DNA of 64,000 bases from Candidatus Latescibacterota bacterium. Its GTDB lineage: Bacteria > Latescibacterota > UBA2968. A program made the position numbers and the translations under genes. The notes below the pieces were generated by a model, which worked only from the letters and a program-made list of their open reading frames with translations, was not told where the DNA came from and made no database searches. Below, piece after piece: positions 49,140 through 59,422 of this stretch. Position 1 is the stretch's first letter, and the number at the start of each line of letters is the position of its first letter. The stretch lies in assembly GCA_965207885.1 (NCBI GenBank), contig OZ242311.1:1792001-1856000 (forward strand), given 5' to 3'.

Positions 49140-50885
49140 ATGGACCGCGAATCTATGGCCAATGAAGAGAATTACTTCTTTGACACCGAAGGCTATATCA
49201 TCGTCCCCGGTGCCCTCACCCCGAAAGAAGTCGATACCCTCAACAACACCCTCGACGACGCCGGACCCACCGATAATCTCTTGACACTATCCGCCCCCCT
49301 GCGGGAACCCTTCCGCGACCTTCTGGTCCATCCCGTCCTGGTCTGGTACCTCAACCAGATCTGTGGCCACGGCTTTCGCCTGGACAGAGCACCTCGCCTG
49401 ATCGGAGAAGCCACTGGCGACGATCCCAACGCCCCGCTACAGGGCAACAACGAACCCAGAGACACGGCCCGGGCCTACTACTTCCAAAACAACTACCACG
49501 TCTGCCACGGCGTGCGCGTCATCTGGGCACTCTGCGATGTCAACGCGGACGACGGCGGCGTGGTCCTGGTTCCAGCCAGCCACAAAAGCAATGTAGAAGC
49601 GCCCGAAGACCTCCTCACAGGCGCAGACGACATGGACCTGGTCGAACAACCCGTACTCAAAGCTGGCGACCTGCTCATCATTGGCGGAACCACCCTTCAG
49701 GGCCTCCGCCCCTGGAAAGGGCGCAATCCACAGCGCCTCATCGCCTGCGAATATGCCAACCGCGCTGTCCTGCAATCCAACGGATCAGGAGCAAAAATAG
49801 AACCCAGACCGGAATGGATGGCCAATCTGCCACCCGAACACCTGGCCGTCCTCTCCAACCCCGGATACAAAGACACCACCGACCCGCCGCCAACCCTCAA
49901 TACCGATGGCAAAAAGACCTGGCTGGAAAAATCGCCGGACATTATCCACCCCTCGTTTTACAAATCCGACCCCGACGCTGGCATTGACCACAAAGAACTC
50001 TACTTCTGGGATCTCACCGGCTACCTCATCGTGCGCAATGTCATGGACGAAGAATGGCTGGAACGGGCCAACGAAGCCATCGACAAATTCTCTGATCGCA
50101 TTGTCGTGGGCGAAGAACTCGCCCGGGGATCCAAAAGCCTCCGGGGCACCGGACGCCCCACGCTCAGCGGCCTTCTCCACCTGCCCGAACCCTATTGCGA
50201 ACCCTTCCGCAAAATGCTCATCCACCCGGCCGTCATCGGCCGCCTCAACTGGATGATGGGCAGCGGATACCGGTGCAACGGGGCCACCGCCTTCTGTTCG
50301 GTCAAAGGCTCTACCGGGCACTCCCTCCACGGCGGCAATGAACCCCTCATACCCTCCCGAAGCTATGTCTTCCAGAACGGCCGCAGCCATGCCGAATTTG
50401 TCCGCGCTGTCTGGCAATTGCACGACACAACCCCTGGCGGTGGTGGGTTCGTCTGCGTCCCGGGAAGCCACAAAGCCTATTATCGCATGCCCGAAGGCAT
50501 CCGCACCAGCGACGACGACATGGGCGCCATCCGCCAACCCGTCCCAAAAGCTGGCGACATCCTCTTCTTTATGGACACCGTCCTCACCCACGGGGCCTGG
50601 CCCTGGAAATCCGACATCAGCCGCCGGTCCATCTTCTTCAGTTACTATTCCCGCCACCACTCCTACCGCGGCGGCGTCATCGAACCCGAAGACCGCTGGG
50701 GAGAAGATATAGTCGAAGGCATGACAGAAGCCCAATTTGCCGTCATGCGCGGTTCCACCCGTGATGCCAGGAGCAGAAACACGCCGCGCCTCGTTGTAGA
50801 AAACGGCCAGCTAAGTGTCTCCTACGACGCCAGGGGAGACCGTTATGAATACCCGGTGCGAAAACCGGGCGACAATAGAAAATAA
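49140..50885 (+). CDS. Tandem two-domain PhyH-family Fe(II)/2OG oxygenase
   Basis: Two units, each YFxDxxGYxxV...GGxVxVPxSHK...KAGD. Confidence 0.9.
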   Translation: MDRESMANEENYFFDTEGYIIVPGALTPKEVDTLNNTLDDAGPTDNLLTLSAPLREPFRDLLVHPVLVWYLNQICGHGFRLDRAPRLIGEATGDDPNAPLQGNNEPRDTARAYYFQNNYHVCHGVRVIWALCDVNADDGGVVLVPASHKSNVEAPEDLLTGADDMDLVEQPVLKAGDLLIIGGTTLQGLRPWKGRNPQRLIACEYANRAVLQSNGSGAKIEPRPEWMANLPPEHLAVLSNPGYKDTTDPPPTLNTDGKKTWLEKSPDIIHPSFYKSDPDAGIDHKELYFWDLTGYLIVRNVMDEEWLERANEAIDKFSDRIVVGEELARGSKSLRGTGRPTLSGLLHLPEPYCEPFRKMLIHPAVIGRLNWMMGSGYRCNGATAFCSVKGSTGHSLHGGNEPLIPSRSYVFQNGRSHAEFVRAVWQLHDTTPGGGGFVCVPGSHKAYYRMPEGIRTSDDDMGAIRQPVPKAGDILFFMDTVLTHGAWPWKSDISRRSIFFSYYSRHHSYRGGVIEPEDRWGEDIVEGMTEAQFAVMRGSTRDARSRNTPRLVVENGQLSVSYDARGDRYEYPVRKPGDNRK

Positions 50886-50916
50886 ATACACGCGACACAT
50901 CCCAGAGGACCCCGCC

Positions 50917-53900
50917 ATGCCCAGCATACCCTGGCGGCCCAGAGTCATCCTCCCCGGCCGCAGCTTCCGCCTGCCCGTCCAGGCAACTGACGACAACATC
51001 GCCCTCGCATCCGACCACTTTGAAACCATCGCCACCCGATGGTGCGAGCGGGACACCGCGCGCTACTACTACCTGCGATCCCCTCAAAAACAGGGCGACT
51101 ACACCCTCATCGCAACGCACAACGGCAACACCGAGGAAACCACCATCCAGGTCCGCACCCTGGACAACCTGCACCAGCCCCACACCTACAACGGCGCACA
51201 ATGGCCCCGCCGATGGCCTCTGGGACAAAACTACCACCCCACCAAAAACCGACAAACGCTACAAAACGACCCCAAATCAGAACACCTCAACGAAGAAACC
51301 CTCGCCTGGTGGTCATCCCAACCCGACCATATCCTCTGGTCACAACTACCGCCCGCAGAACTGCCCAAAGCGCACTTTGCCAACTGCCATCAGGGCTGTC
51401 CAAACTGCGGCACCGCCATCTTCAAATACAGCGGCTTCTATCCCTGGGAACGCAACCACCTGCCCTGCGATTTCAAATCGCAATGCCCCAACTGCGCTTC
51501 AATCTATCCCAGCAACAACCTCACAAAAGAAGACTATATCTCCGGCGATCATGCAGACGACGGATACGGCTACTTCGACGCAGAGGGCCACATCTACCTC
51601 TTTGCCGCCACCTATCACCGCGACCAGTGCCGCGCCTATCACGTCGGCATCAACGCACTCACAGACAGCCTGCGCACAGGCGACCTCGACGAAGAACGCA
51701 CCCGCAAACTCGGCCTCATGCTCCTGCGCTACGCCACAGAAGAACTCTACCTCGCCGCAGTCCCCCAGTTCCGCTATGGACCCTCAAAAAGCGTAGAAGA
51801 ACCCTGGGATTGGGGACAGCCGGACTGGGCAGAAGAAACCGACCCCGTTGCCGCCCTGAGCAGAAAAGGCACCATCCGCTACAGCATCGACACCCCCTAC
51901 CTCATCGAAAGTCTCGCCCTCGCCTATGACACGGCCTGGCCCCTCCTGAGAGAAGATGAGGAACTCGTCGAACGCGCACGGGCATTCGGCCTATCCCTGC
52001 AAAGTCCCGAAGACACCTGTCTGTTCATCGAAGAAATGCTCGCCGCCCTCCTGCAGGTCACCCTGGATCGAGGTGCAGGCAGCAACCTGCCGCGCGAAAG
52101 CCAGGGCGTCCTCATACTCTTGCGCTGCCTGGACCGCGCCGACGCCCGGGACGTCATGGACTGGGTCTATGACGAAGGTCCCGACACCCTGCGCGTCTTC
52201 AGCACCAATGACATCTTGCCCGACGGCACCCCCCAGGAAGCCACGGGCGGGTACAACGCCATCCACAGCGACGGCCTCTTCGACCTGGAATACCACCTCC
52301 GCAATCTCCGCACCCAGCAACCCGACGCCTACCCCGAATCTCTGTACCCCTCGCTATTCAAAGACCCGCGAGGCGCGCGCGTCCCACAGGCACTGTGCGA
52401 AATCATCATGATCGGAAAATCCTACTTCCAATTCGGCGACGGCTCTGCCCCCGGTTCTGCTGGCATCCAGGCAGAAGACTCAATCCGCCTGGAAAACGAC
52501 CTCTATCACGCGCCCATGAACGCCAGCGTACTGGAACGCGCCACAACCTTCACCAACGACCCACACATCAAAGAAATCCAATCCACCGTACAGAACAAAC
52601 AGCACCGCGCACTCGGTTCAACCATCCTCGACAGCGTCGGCATTGCCATCTTGCGCACACCCGAAGCCCCCGAACGGGCCGCCGTAGGCATAGCTTATGG
52701 CGACACCATGCACCACCGCCATCGAGACCTCCTGGACGTCCAGCTCTTCGCCTTTGACCGTCCCTTTCTCACAGACCTCGGCTATCCCCAATCCTGGGCA
52801 AGCACATCGCCCTGGGAAGCCCATTGGGCGACCCACAACACCGTCTGGGCAGACCTGCCATCTGGCGAACCCACCAGCGCAGGCCGTGGCCGCCTCGTAC
52901 GCGCCCTCTTTACCGACGGCATCCAGATCCTGGACATCGAGGCCCACCGCTGGACACTCGACCCATCGGACGGATGGTGCAAAGTCGATATCATCTTCCG
53001 CCGCCTCATCGCCCTGATCGAAACCGACGGCGAAGGCATCGCCCTCCTCGACCTCTCGCGCATCGCGGGCGGCGCAGAACACTGGCGCACCTGTCGCGGC
53101 CTGGAAGGCATATTCCAAACCGACAACGCGGACCTCAAACCCCAACCCGGCACAGTCGCTGGCCCAAACATCCCACGCACCCAAACAGACATTTTACCCC
53201 ATCCAGACCACACCGCCCTCGCGTACATGGACAACGTAACAACCGCCCAGGCGCCGCAGGCTTTCCATGGCACCTGGCAATCGCAAATCGAGCCAGCCGT
53301 ACACCTGGACCTCCATCAACTCAACATTTCTCCAAACACCCAGGTCCTCAACACCCGTGCGGCACAGGCCATGGGAACACCCGAAGAATCCAATTACCTC
53401 TACCACCCCGTAATCTGGCGTCGCACACCCGACAACGACAGCACCTGCATCGACCTCGTCTTCGAACCCCGCCTCGGCAACCCCACCCTCGCCAGCACCA
53501 CAGCCATACCATCGAACAACCCCACAGCCTCGGGCATCCACCTCACCACCGCACAGGGCAAACAAATCGCCCTGTACTGGGCACCCAATGCCAGCCCGAA
53601 TGACAAAACCCAATTCGAAAACGGCGTCGTCCTCACAGGTGCCCTCGCAGTCGTCGCAGACGGTCAAATCTCAACCATGGGCGCAACCGCCTTTCAAACC
53701 GCGGCAACAACCCTCACAAATCCCCGCGCACAACAAACTGGCCGAATCATCGCCCTCAACCGGGACACCTGCACCATCGACGTCGAGGATATAGAAGACA
53801 TCGCCGAGGGCGACCGCATCACCATCAACCCGGACGGCCGCGCACACAGCTACAACATCGAAGCCGCAGAACAACTCGACATCCACATCCACCGCCTCAC

Positions 53901-54216
53901 CCTGGACGTCACCTCAATCCTGGGACGCGCAAAAATCATCGCCATCAAAGACAACAAAATCGACCTCGGTTTTCACATCATGGCCAAATCCGGCAACCTC
54001 CACGGCACGCGACTACAAACTGAAACCAGCGACGACTGGACCGTCATAGCAAACGCTCAAAACGCGAGCACCTGGCCCCCCGGAAAAATACGCACCACCA
54101 TCTACCTTGACCCGAACAATAACAAACTTCAGAACCTATCGCCAGGCACCTGGGTACAGGCCGTCGATTACGCAATTGGCGACACAGTCCTCTTTGAACC
54201 CCTGTGCAGGGGATAG
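50917..54216 (+). CDS. Heparinase II/III-like polysaccharide lyase-family protein (~1100 aa)
   Basis: EATGGYN, FGDG, HHRHRDLL...LTDLGYP, HNTV; N-terminal CxxC motifs; GAGG RBS before ATG 50917. Confidence 0.75.
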   Translation: MPSIPWRPRVILPGRSFRLPVQATDDNIALASDHFETIATRWCERDTARYYYLRSPQKQGDYTLIATHNGNTEETTIQVRTLDNLHQPHTYNGAQWPRRWPLGQNYHPTKNRQTLQNDPKSEHLNEETLAWWSSQPDHILWSQLPPAELPKAHFANCHQGCPNCGTAIFKYSGFYPWERNHLPCDFKSQCPNCASIYPSNNLTKEDYISGDHADDGYGYFDAEGHIYLFAATYHRDQCRAYHVGINALTDSLRTGDLDEERTRKLGLMLLRYATEELYLAAVPQFRYGPSKSVEEPWDWGQPDWAEETDPVAALSRKGTIRYSIDTPYLIESLALAYDTAWPLLREDEELVERARAFGLSLQSPEDTCLFIEEMLAALLQVTLDRGAGSNLPRESQGVLILLRCLDRADARDVMDWVYDEGPDTLRVFSTNDILPDGTPQEATGGYNAIHSDGLFDLEYHLRNLRTQQPDAYPESLYPSLFKDPRGARVPQALCEIIMIGKSYFQFGDGSAPGSAGIQAEDSIRLENDLYHAPMNASVLERATTFTNDPHIKEIQSTVQNKQHRALGSTILDSVGIAILRTPEAPERAAVGIAYGDTMHHRHRDLLDVQLFAFDRPFLTDLGYPQSWASTSPWEAHWATHNTVWADLPSGEPTSAGRGRLVRALFTDGIQILDIEAHRWTLDPSDGWCKVDIIFRRLIALIETDGEGIALLDLSRIAGGAEHWRTCRGLEGIFQTDNADLKPQPGTVAGPNIPRTQTDILPHPDHTALAYMDNVTTAQAPQAFHGTWQSQIEPAVHLDLHQLNISPNTQVLNTRAAQAMGTPEESNYLYHPVIWRRTPDNDSTCIDLVFEPRLGNPTLASTTAIPSNNPTASGIHLTTAQGKQIALYWAPNASPNDKTQFENGVVLTGALAVVADGQISTMGATAFQTAATTLTNPRAQQTGRIIALNRDTCTIDVEDIEDIAEGDRITINPDGRAHSYNIEAAEQLDIHIHRLTLDVTSILGRAKIIAIKDNKIDLGFHIMAKSGNLHGTRLQTETSDDWTVIANAQNASTWPPGKIRTTIYLDPNNNKLQNLSPGTWVQAVDYAIGDTVLFEPLCRG

Positions 54217-54272
54217 TGGACATTCTTCCGCCATTTTTTATATTGATAACCCACAAAAAGAAAGGAATCGCA

Positions 54273-55010
54273 ATGGCCGTTGCAACACTACCCCTAACAG
54301 AAAATCAGATTGACCAATACCATCGAGACGGTTTCTTGCTGGCCTCGGGATTGATTCCCGAGGCTATTGCACGCACGGGTGAAGCCACAATGTGGGAAGT
54401 CATGGGCATGGACCCTCACGCCCCGGAAACCTGGAACAACTATTCAGACGAAGCGATTGCATCCACGCTACAGGCCGGATTCAAACCCCGATCGAAATTA
54501 TTCCAACACTTCGACAATCAACACCCCGACCTCCTCGCCTGTTACACACCCGAAATGATGGCAGCAATGGCGCAATTAACCGGCGAAAGTGTAGATCTCT
54601 TTCATCCACCAGACGGCACACTCATACAAAACATCTTTCCCTCAGATGAAGAATGGGCGTGGCAAGGGGCGCATTTTGACGGTGGCGTAAAAGCCAAAAT
54701 GCACAAAACACTCCCCGGCCCATTCATCATCAACTCCATCATATATCTCAACGACATTAAAAAACACGGCGGAGGAACAGTTGCGTGGCCCGGATCTCAC
54801 AAACCCATTCGCGTACTGGCAGAGTCCGATCCCGAGAAATACGAATACATGTGGCAGCTAAAACAGGACCTGCACACCGTCGATATCGGCGGCCCCGTAG
54901 AACTGGAGCCAAAATGCGGCGACATACTATTCTTCGCCCACTTCTGCGTCCACGCCGCCACCAATAACGTGCGCGACACGCCCCGCCTGGCACTGCGAAG
55001 CCGGTGGTAA
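54273..55010 (+). CDS. PhyH-family Fe(II)/2OG dioxygenase (canonical HxD)
   Basis: QYHRDGF, HFD, GGTVAWPGSH, GDILFF...H...N...R. Confidence 0.9.
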   Translation: MAVATLPLTENQIDQYHRDGFLLASGLIPEAIARTGEATMWEVMGMDPHAPETWNNYSDEAIASTLQAGFKPRSKLFQHFDNQHPDLLACYTPEMMAAMAQLTGESVDLFHPPDGTLIQNIFPSDEEWAWQGAHFDGGVKAKMHKTLPGPFIINSIIYLNDIKKHGGGTVAWPGSHKPIRVLAESDPEKYEYMWQLKQDLHTVDIGGPVELEPKCGDILFFAHFCVHAATNNVRDTPRLALRSRW

Positions 55011-55023
55011 ATGGAGATCTCAA

Positions 55024-56994
55024 TTGGCTCTTTCTTCTGCTCAGGAGGCAATACATCCAGCAACTGAACCGAAGCTGATATCGTGGAAAGTCGTAGTCGC
55101 GGGCCTCCTATTAATTGTCGCATCGGACTACTACATCAACTGGTCCACCGTGATCTTGCGGGCGTCGAAGAACAACAAAGCACTATTCCCGATGGGACTG
55201 TTCTTCCCATTTGTGATGCTGGTAGGTACCAACCTGCTACTCAGATGGGTAAAACCGCGGTGGGCATTAAACCGGGGACAATTGTGCGTCGCCCTGGGCA
55301 TGGGATTGATCGGATCCCTATTCCCATTCTATGGCCTGGCATCCTACGTAGTCGGCACCATTGCCGCGCCCTATTATTTTGCCACCCCGGAAAACGGCTG
55401 GGCAGAACTGCTGCACCCCAACATGGTCTCCTGGCTGATCATGAACAACGAAGACAAAGCCGTGACCTATTTCTACGACGGCTTGCCCCCGGGCCAGCCC
55501 ATACCCTGGGGATCCTGGGCTGTACCTGTATTCTGGTGGATGACCTTTGTGGCCGCAGCGGCATGCGTGGCCCTCTGCCTGATGGTAATACTGCGAAAAC
55601 AGTGGGTGGAAAACGAACGCCTGGAATTTCCGCTCATGGAAGTGGGTATGCAAGTGGCTCAGGTAGATAAGCGCAATGGGGGAACACCCTCCTTGCTCAA
55701 CCAGCCGCTCTTTCGCGTGGGTTTCTGGGTCGGGATATTTGCAGTCTTCTGGAACATCATCTCGTACTTTTACCCCTTAATACCGGGGCTGCCAACCACG
55801 CACACCGAAGGCCAGTGGTTCCGCTGGCTGGAAGGCGCCAAACCCTTCTGGGTACAAATCAGCATTTACGTCATAGGCTTTGCCTATTTTGCGCGGGTCG
55901 AAACCCTGTTCAGCTTCTGGCTATTCTTTCTCTTCACGGAAACAGAAGTCGCGACATTCGACCGCCTGGGCATCGCGGCAGGGCACGGAGGTGGCGAAGC
56001 CGTGCGGTCACAAAATTTCGGAGTACTATGCGCCTATGTCATGTTCGGGCTATGGATGGCGCGGGGACATCTGAAAGCCGTATTTCGGAAAGTCTTCAAA
56101 GGAGCCTCCGATGTAGATGATTCTCAAGAAGCAATGTCCTACCGCGCGGCGGTAATCGCCCTCGTCGCATCCCTCCTGTACATGGTAGCCTGGTTGCATG
56201 TGGCGGGCATGGAAATCCGGGTCGTCGTCCTGTACCTGTTTTTCACCGCAGTCGCCTACATCGGAATGGCCCGATTCGCCGCGGAACTGGGACTGCCTTA
56301 TGGAGATATAGCCTACCACTCAATAACCTGGACCCCGCTCCACATCATGGGCGGGCAAACAGTAACCGCATCCACATTGACATGCCAGGGCTATCTCTGG
56401 GCCATGTTCGGAAAAACCCGGGGATTTCTGGGACCGCCAATCGCGCAAATGCTGAAATTGACCACACCATTGCGGGTCGAGCGGGGACGCCTGTTCGGCG
56501 TAATCGTCCTCGCCGTCGTAGCAGGTGCCACATTTGCAATACTCCACGCCATATACATGGGCTATTCCTCCGGCGGCTTCAACCTCAGAGCCGCGTGGAA
56601 CCTGTTGATCGGACCACAGCGGTCCTACGACGCATCCGTAACCTGGATCCGCAACCCGGAAGCGCCCGATGTAGAGCGCATGTTATTCATGGGATCTGGC
56701 GTATTAATCACAGCCGTACTCACCTATATGAAATACCGCTTCGTACACCTGCCTCTCCATCCCGTAGCCCTCATGCTACAGGGCACCTATATGGCGCAGA
56801 AAACCGTATTCTCGGTATTTCTCATCTGGATCTACAAAGCGACCATACTGAAAATCGGTGGCGTGCGCCTCTACAGAAAAGGACAGCCGTTTTTCATCGG
56901 CCTGCTAATCGGATATGCCATAGCGACATTCTTATCCTGCGTGATAGACAGCATCTTCTTCTTTGGACAGGGACACCTGGTACACGGATTTTAG
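55024..56994 (+). CDS. Polytopic membrane protein, DUF6785/DUF6784-type putative transporter
   Basis: FATPENGW, QWVENERLEFPL, LPLHPVA, LKIGGVRLYR; TTG start after GGAG. Confidence 0.75.
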   Translation: MALSSAQEAIHPATEPKLISWKVVVAGLLLIVASDYYINWSTVILRASKNNKALFPMGLFFPFVMLVGTNLLLRWVKPRWALNRGQLCVALGMGLIGSLFPFYGLASYVVGTIAAPYYFATPENGWAELLHPNMVSWLIMNNEDKAVTYFYDGLPPGQPIPWGSWAVPVFWWMTFVAAAACVALCLMVILRKQWVENERLEFPLMEVGMQVAQVDKRNGGTPSLLNQPLFRVGFWVGIFAVFWNIISYFYPLIPGLPTTHTEGQWFRWLEGAKPFWVQISIYVIGFAYFARVETLFSFWLFFLFTETEVATFDRLGIAAGHGGGEAVRSQNFGVLCAYVMFGLWMARGHLKAVFRKVFKGASDVDDSQEAMSYRAAVIALVASLLYMVAWLHVAGMEIRVVVLYLFFTAVAYIGMARFAAELGLPYGDIAYHSITWTPLHIMGGQTVTASTLTCQGYLWAMFGKTRGFLGPPIAQMLKLTTPLRVERGRLFGVIVLAVVAGATFAILHAIYMGYSSGGFNLRAAWNLLIGPQRSYDASVTWIRNPEAPDVERMLFMGSGVLITAVLTYMKYRFVHLPLHPVALMLQGTYMAQKTVFSVFLIWIYKATILKIGGVRLYRKGQPFFIGLLIGYAIATFLSCVIDSIFFFGQGHLVHGF

Positions 56995-57006
56995 AGGAGT
57001 CATTTA

Positions 57007-57954
57007 ATGGCAACAGTTGACACCAGAACACATGGCTTAACCGCGGAAGAGCGCGAGGCTTACGCAAAAGACGGATTCTTCATTCGACCAAAAGCCTTCG
57101 ATACGTATGAGATTGACGCACTGCGCGACAGAATCGAAGACCTCGTAGAACTCATCGAAACCTCCGACGTATTGCCAGAAAAACAGAAACAAGCAATTCT
57201 GAAACACAACGTCGGAACCAAAGCGACTTCTGGGCCTGCATCGTTAAACAGCATAACGCGACTTCACAGGTTCAGCGCACTGGTGCGATCCCACATCCGC
57301 GACCCGAGGCGACTGGATGCAGTCACACAGATCGCAGGATCGGATCTATTTTGTCCCAACGACCTGTACTTCTTCAAACCTCCGGGCACCGGACGGCCCA
57401 TCGCGTGGCATCAGGACTCCTGGTACTTCCGAAACACGTACGTCAGCAGCATAGGCGACGCCATAGAGCAAGCCTCCATAGGAACCTGGCTGGCGCTGGA
57501 TGAGGCAGATGAAGAAAACGGATGCCTGTGGGTAATCCCCGGCAGCCACCGCCTGGGCGTAGTAGATCACAGCCAGGTCGAAAGCGATGAGTACTTATTG
57601 CAAAAAAGATTGACCGTATCCGACGAAATGGAAGAACGAGCAATACCAGTAGAAGTGCCAAAAGGCGCCCTCGTATTTTTCAACAATGCCCTATTTCACC
57701 GCAGCACCCCCAACAGATCAGATCGGTTTCGGCGTGCCTATATCGTACACTATATGAAAGCGACCATTCAGCACACCAACACCAGGAACAGGCAAAGGAT
57801 AGACGAAGAGACGAAACACTGGGGCACAACTGAGATGTACATCTGCGGCGTGCCCGGATCAATACAGACAACACCCGAAAAAGAAAGCATGAACTGGGAC
57901 AGTGCCCTGGGCCGAACACTGACAGAAGACGACATTCGGATAAAAAGGAAATAA
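57007..57954 (+). CDS. PhyH-family Fe(II)/2OG dioxygenase (canonical HxD)
   Basis: FFKPPG, WHQD, ENGCLWVIPGSH, HRSTPNRSDRFRRA. Confidence 0.95.
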   Translation: MATVDTRTHGLTAEEREAYAKDGFFIRPKAFDTYEIDALRDRIEDLVELIETSDVLPEKQKQAILKHNVGTKATSGPASLNSITRLHRFSALVRSHIRDPRRLDAVTQIAGSDLFCPNDLYFFKPPGTGRPIAWHQDSWYFRNTYVSSIGDAIEQASIGTWLALDEADEENGCLWVIPGSHRLGVVDHSQVESDEYLLQKRLTVSDEMEERAIPVEVPKGALVFFNNALFHRSTPNRSDRFRRAYIVHYMKATIQHTNTRNRQRIDEETKHWGTTEMYICGVPGSIQTTPEKESMNWDSALGRTLTEDDIRIKRK

Positions 57955-57955
57955 A

Positions 57956-59422
57956 ATGCCAGATAAACGCCCCAACATCCTCTACATCATGACAGACGAC
58001 CATGGAACCGGCGCCCTGAGTTGCTACGGCAGCCAGATCAACCACACCCCCAACATGGACCGCATTGCCCACGGAGGGATGCGCCTGGACAATTGTTACG
58101 TAATCTACTCCTTGTGCTCGCCCAGCCGCGCCTCTATCTTAACCGGAAAATACGCACATCTCCACGGACAAACATCCATTGGTGGAAATATCTTTGACGG
58201 CACACAGCAAACATTCCCCCGCCTATTACAGGACGCGGGGTATCAAACCGCAATCATCGGAAAATGGCACCTGCACAGCATACCAACGGGATTTGATCAC
58301 TACAGCGTCATGTGGAATCAAGGCTCTTATTTTGACCCCAGATTTATCGAACCGGGCGAACACGGTCCCGTATGGAAAGAAAGCCGGGGATATTCGACAG
58401 ACCTGGTAACCGACAAATGCCTGGACTGGCTCAAAGGGCGAAACCCCGAAAAACCCTTTATGCTCCTGTGTCATTTTAAATCCCCCCATTACAACTGGGA
58501 GCCGGACGAAAAACACAAAACAATGTACCAGGATGAAACAATCCCCGAACCAGAGACATTTGACCACAACTTCGGAGACAGCCCGGTACCTCCCGAAGCA
58601 TTGCAAGTCAAGCTCGAAACCGTACATGAACAATGGAATATCACGCACTGGGACGCCATGCCCGAAGGATTATCCATGCAGCAGCAAAAACACAGAAACT
58701 ACCAGTACTTCATCAAAGACTACCTCCGCTGTGTGGCATCGGTAGATGATAATATCGGGCGGCTTCTCGACTACCTCGACGAACAAAACCTCGTCGAAAA
58801 TACAGTTGTAGCATATACCTCGGACAACGGGATGTTTCAGGGCGAACACGGCTGGGTAGATAAAAAAATGATGTACGAAGAAAGCCTGCGAGTTCCCTTC
58901 TTAATCCGGTACCCCAGAGAAATCGCAGCGGGAACCCACACAAATGACATGGTCATCAACCTCGACTATGCACCTACCTTTTTGGAATACGCCGGACAGC
59001 CCATCCCCGCAGACATCCAGGGACGAAGCCTGGTATCCCTCCTGCGAGGACACAAGCCGGACGATTGGCGAACCGCGTTCTACTACCAGCACTTTGACAT
59101 CCACCCCGACGGCGAACAGGCAAATTGCGGCGTACGCACCAAAAACTTCAAACTAATCTGGTACAACCACAACTACGACCACTACCAGCTCTTCGACACC
59201 CAAAAAGACCCCAGCGAAACCCGGGATGTATCCGAAGACCCCGAATACGCCTCAACAGTATCCGAAATGAAAGCCCTGCTGCAAAAAGAACGCGAAAAAG
59301 CGGGCCTGACAGACGAAATAGAACAACAAATCTTCAACAGCGATAACATACCTCAAACGCGTAAGCAAATGAACGCGTTACTACAAAAGATAGATGCCAA
59401 TACCACAAAGGAAAAACAATGA
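57956..59422 (+). CDS. Formylglycine-dependent (S1) sulfatase, GlcNAc-6-sulfatase-like
   Basis: PNILYIMTDD, CSPSR, LTGKY, GKWHL, SDNG, KxMYEESLRVP; no signal peptide. Confidence 0.95.
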   Translation: MPDKRPNILYIMTDDHGTGALSCYGSQINHTPNMDRIAHGGMRLDNCYVIYSLCSPSRASILTGKYAHLHGQTSIGGNIFDGTQQTFPRLLQDAGYQTAIIGKWHLHSIPTGFDHYSVMWNQGSYFDPRFIEPGEHGPVWKESRGYSTDLVTDKCLDWLKGRNPEKPFMLLCHFKSPHYNWEPDEKHKTMYQDETIPEPETFDHNFGDSPVPPEALQVKLETVHEQWNITHWDAMPEGLSMQQQKHRNYQYFIKDYLRCVASVDDNIGRLLDYLDEQNLVENTVVAYTSDNGMFQGEHGWVDKKMMYEESLRVPFLIRYPREIAAGTHTNDMVINLDYAPTFLEYAGQPIPADIQGRSLVSLLRGHKPDDWRTAFYYQHFDIHPDGEQANCGVRTKNFKLIWYNHNYDHYQLFDTQKDPSETRDVSEDPEYASTVSEMKALLQKEREKAGLTDEIEQQIFNSDNIPQTRKQMNALLQKIDANTTKEKQ

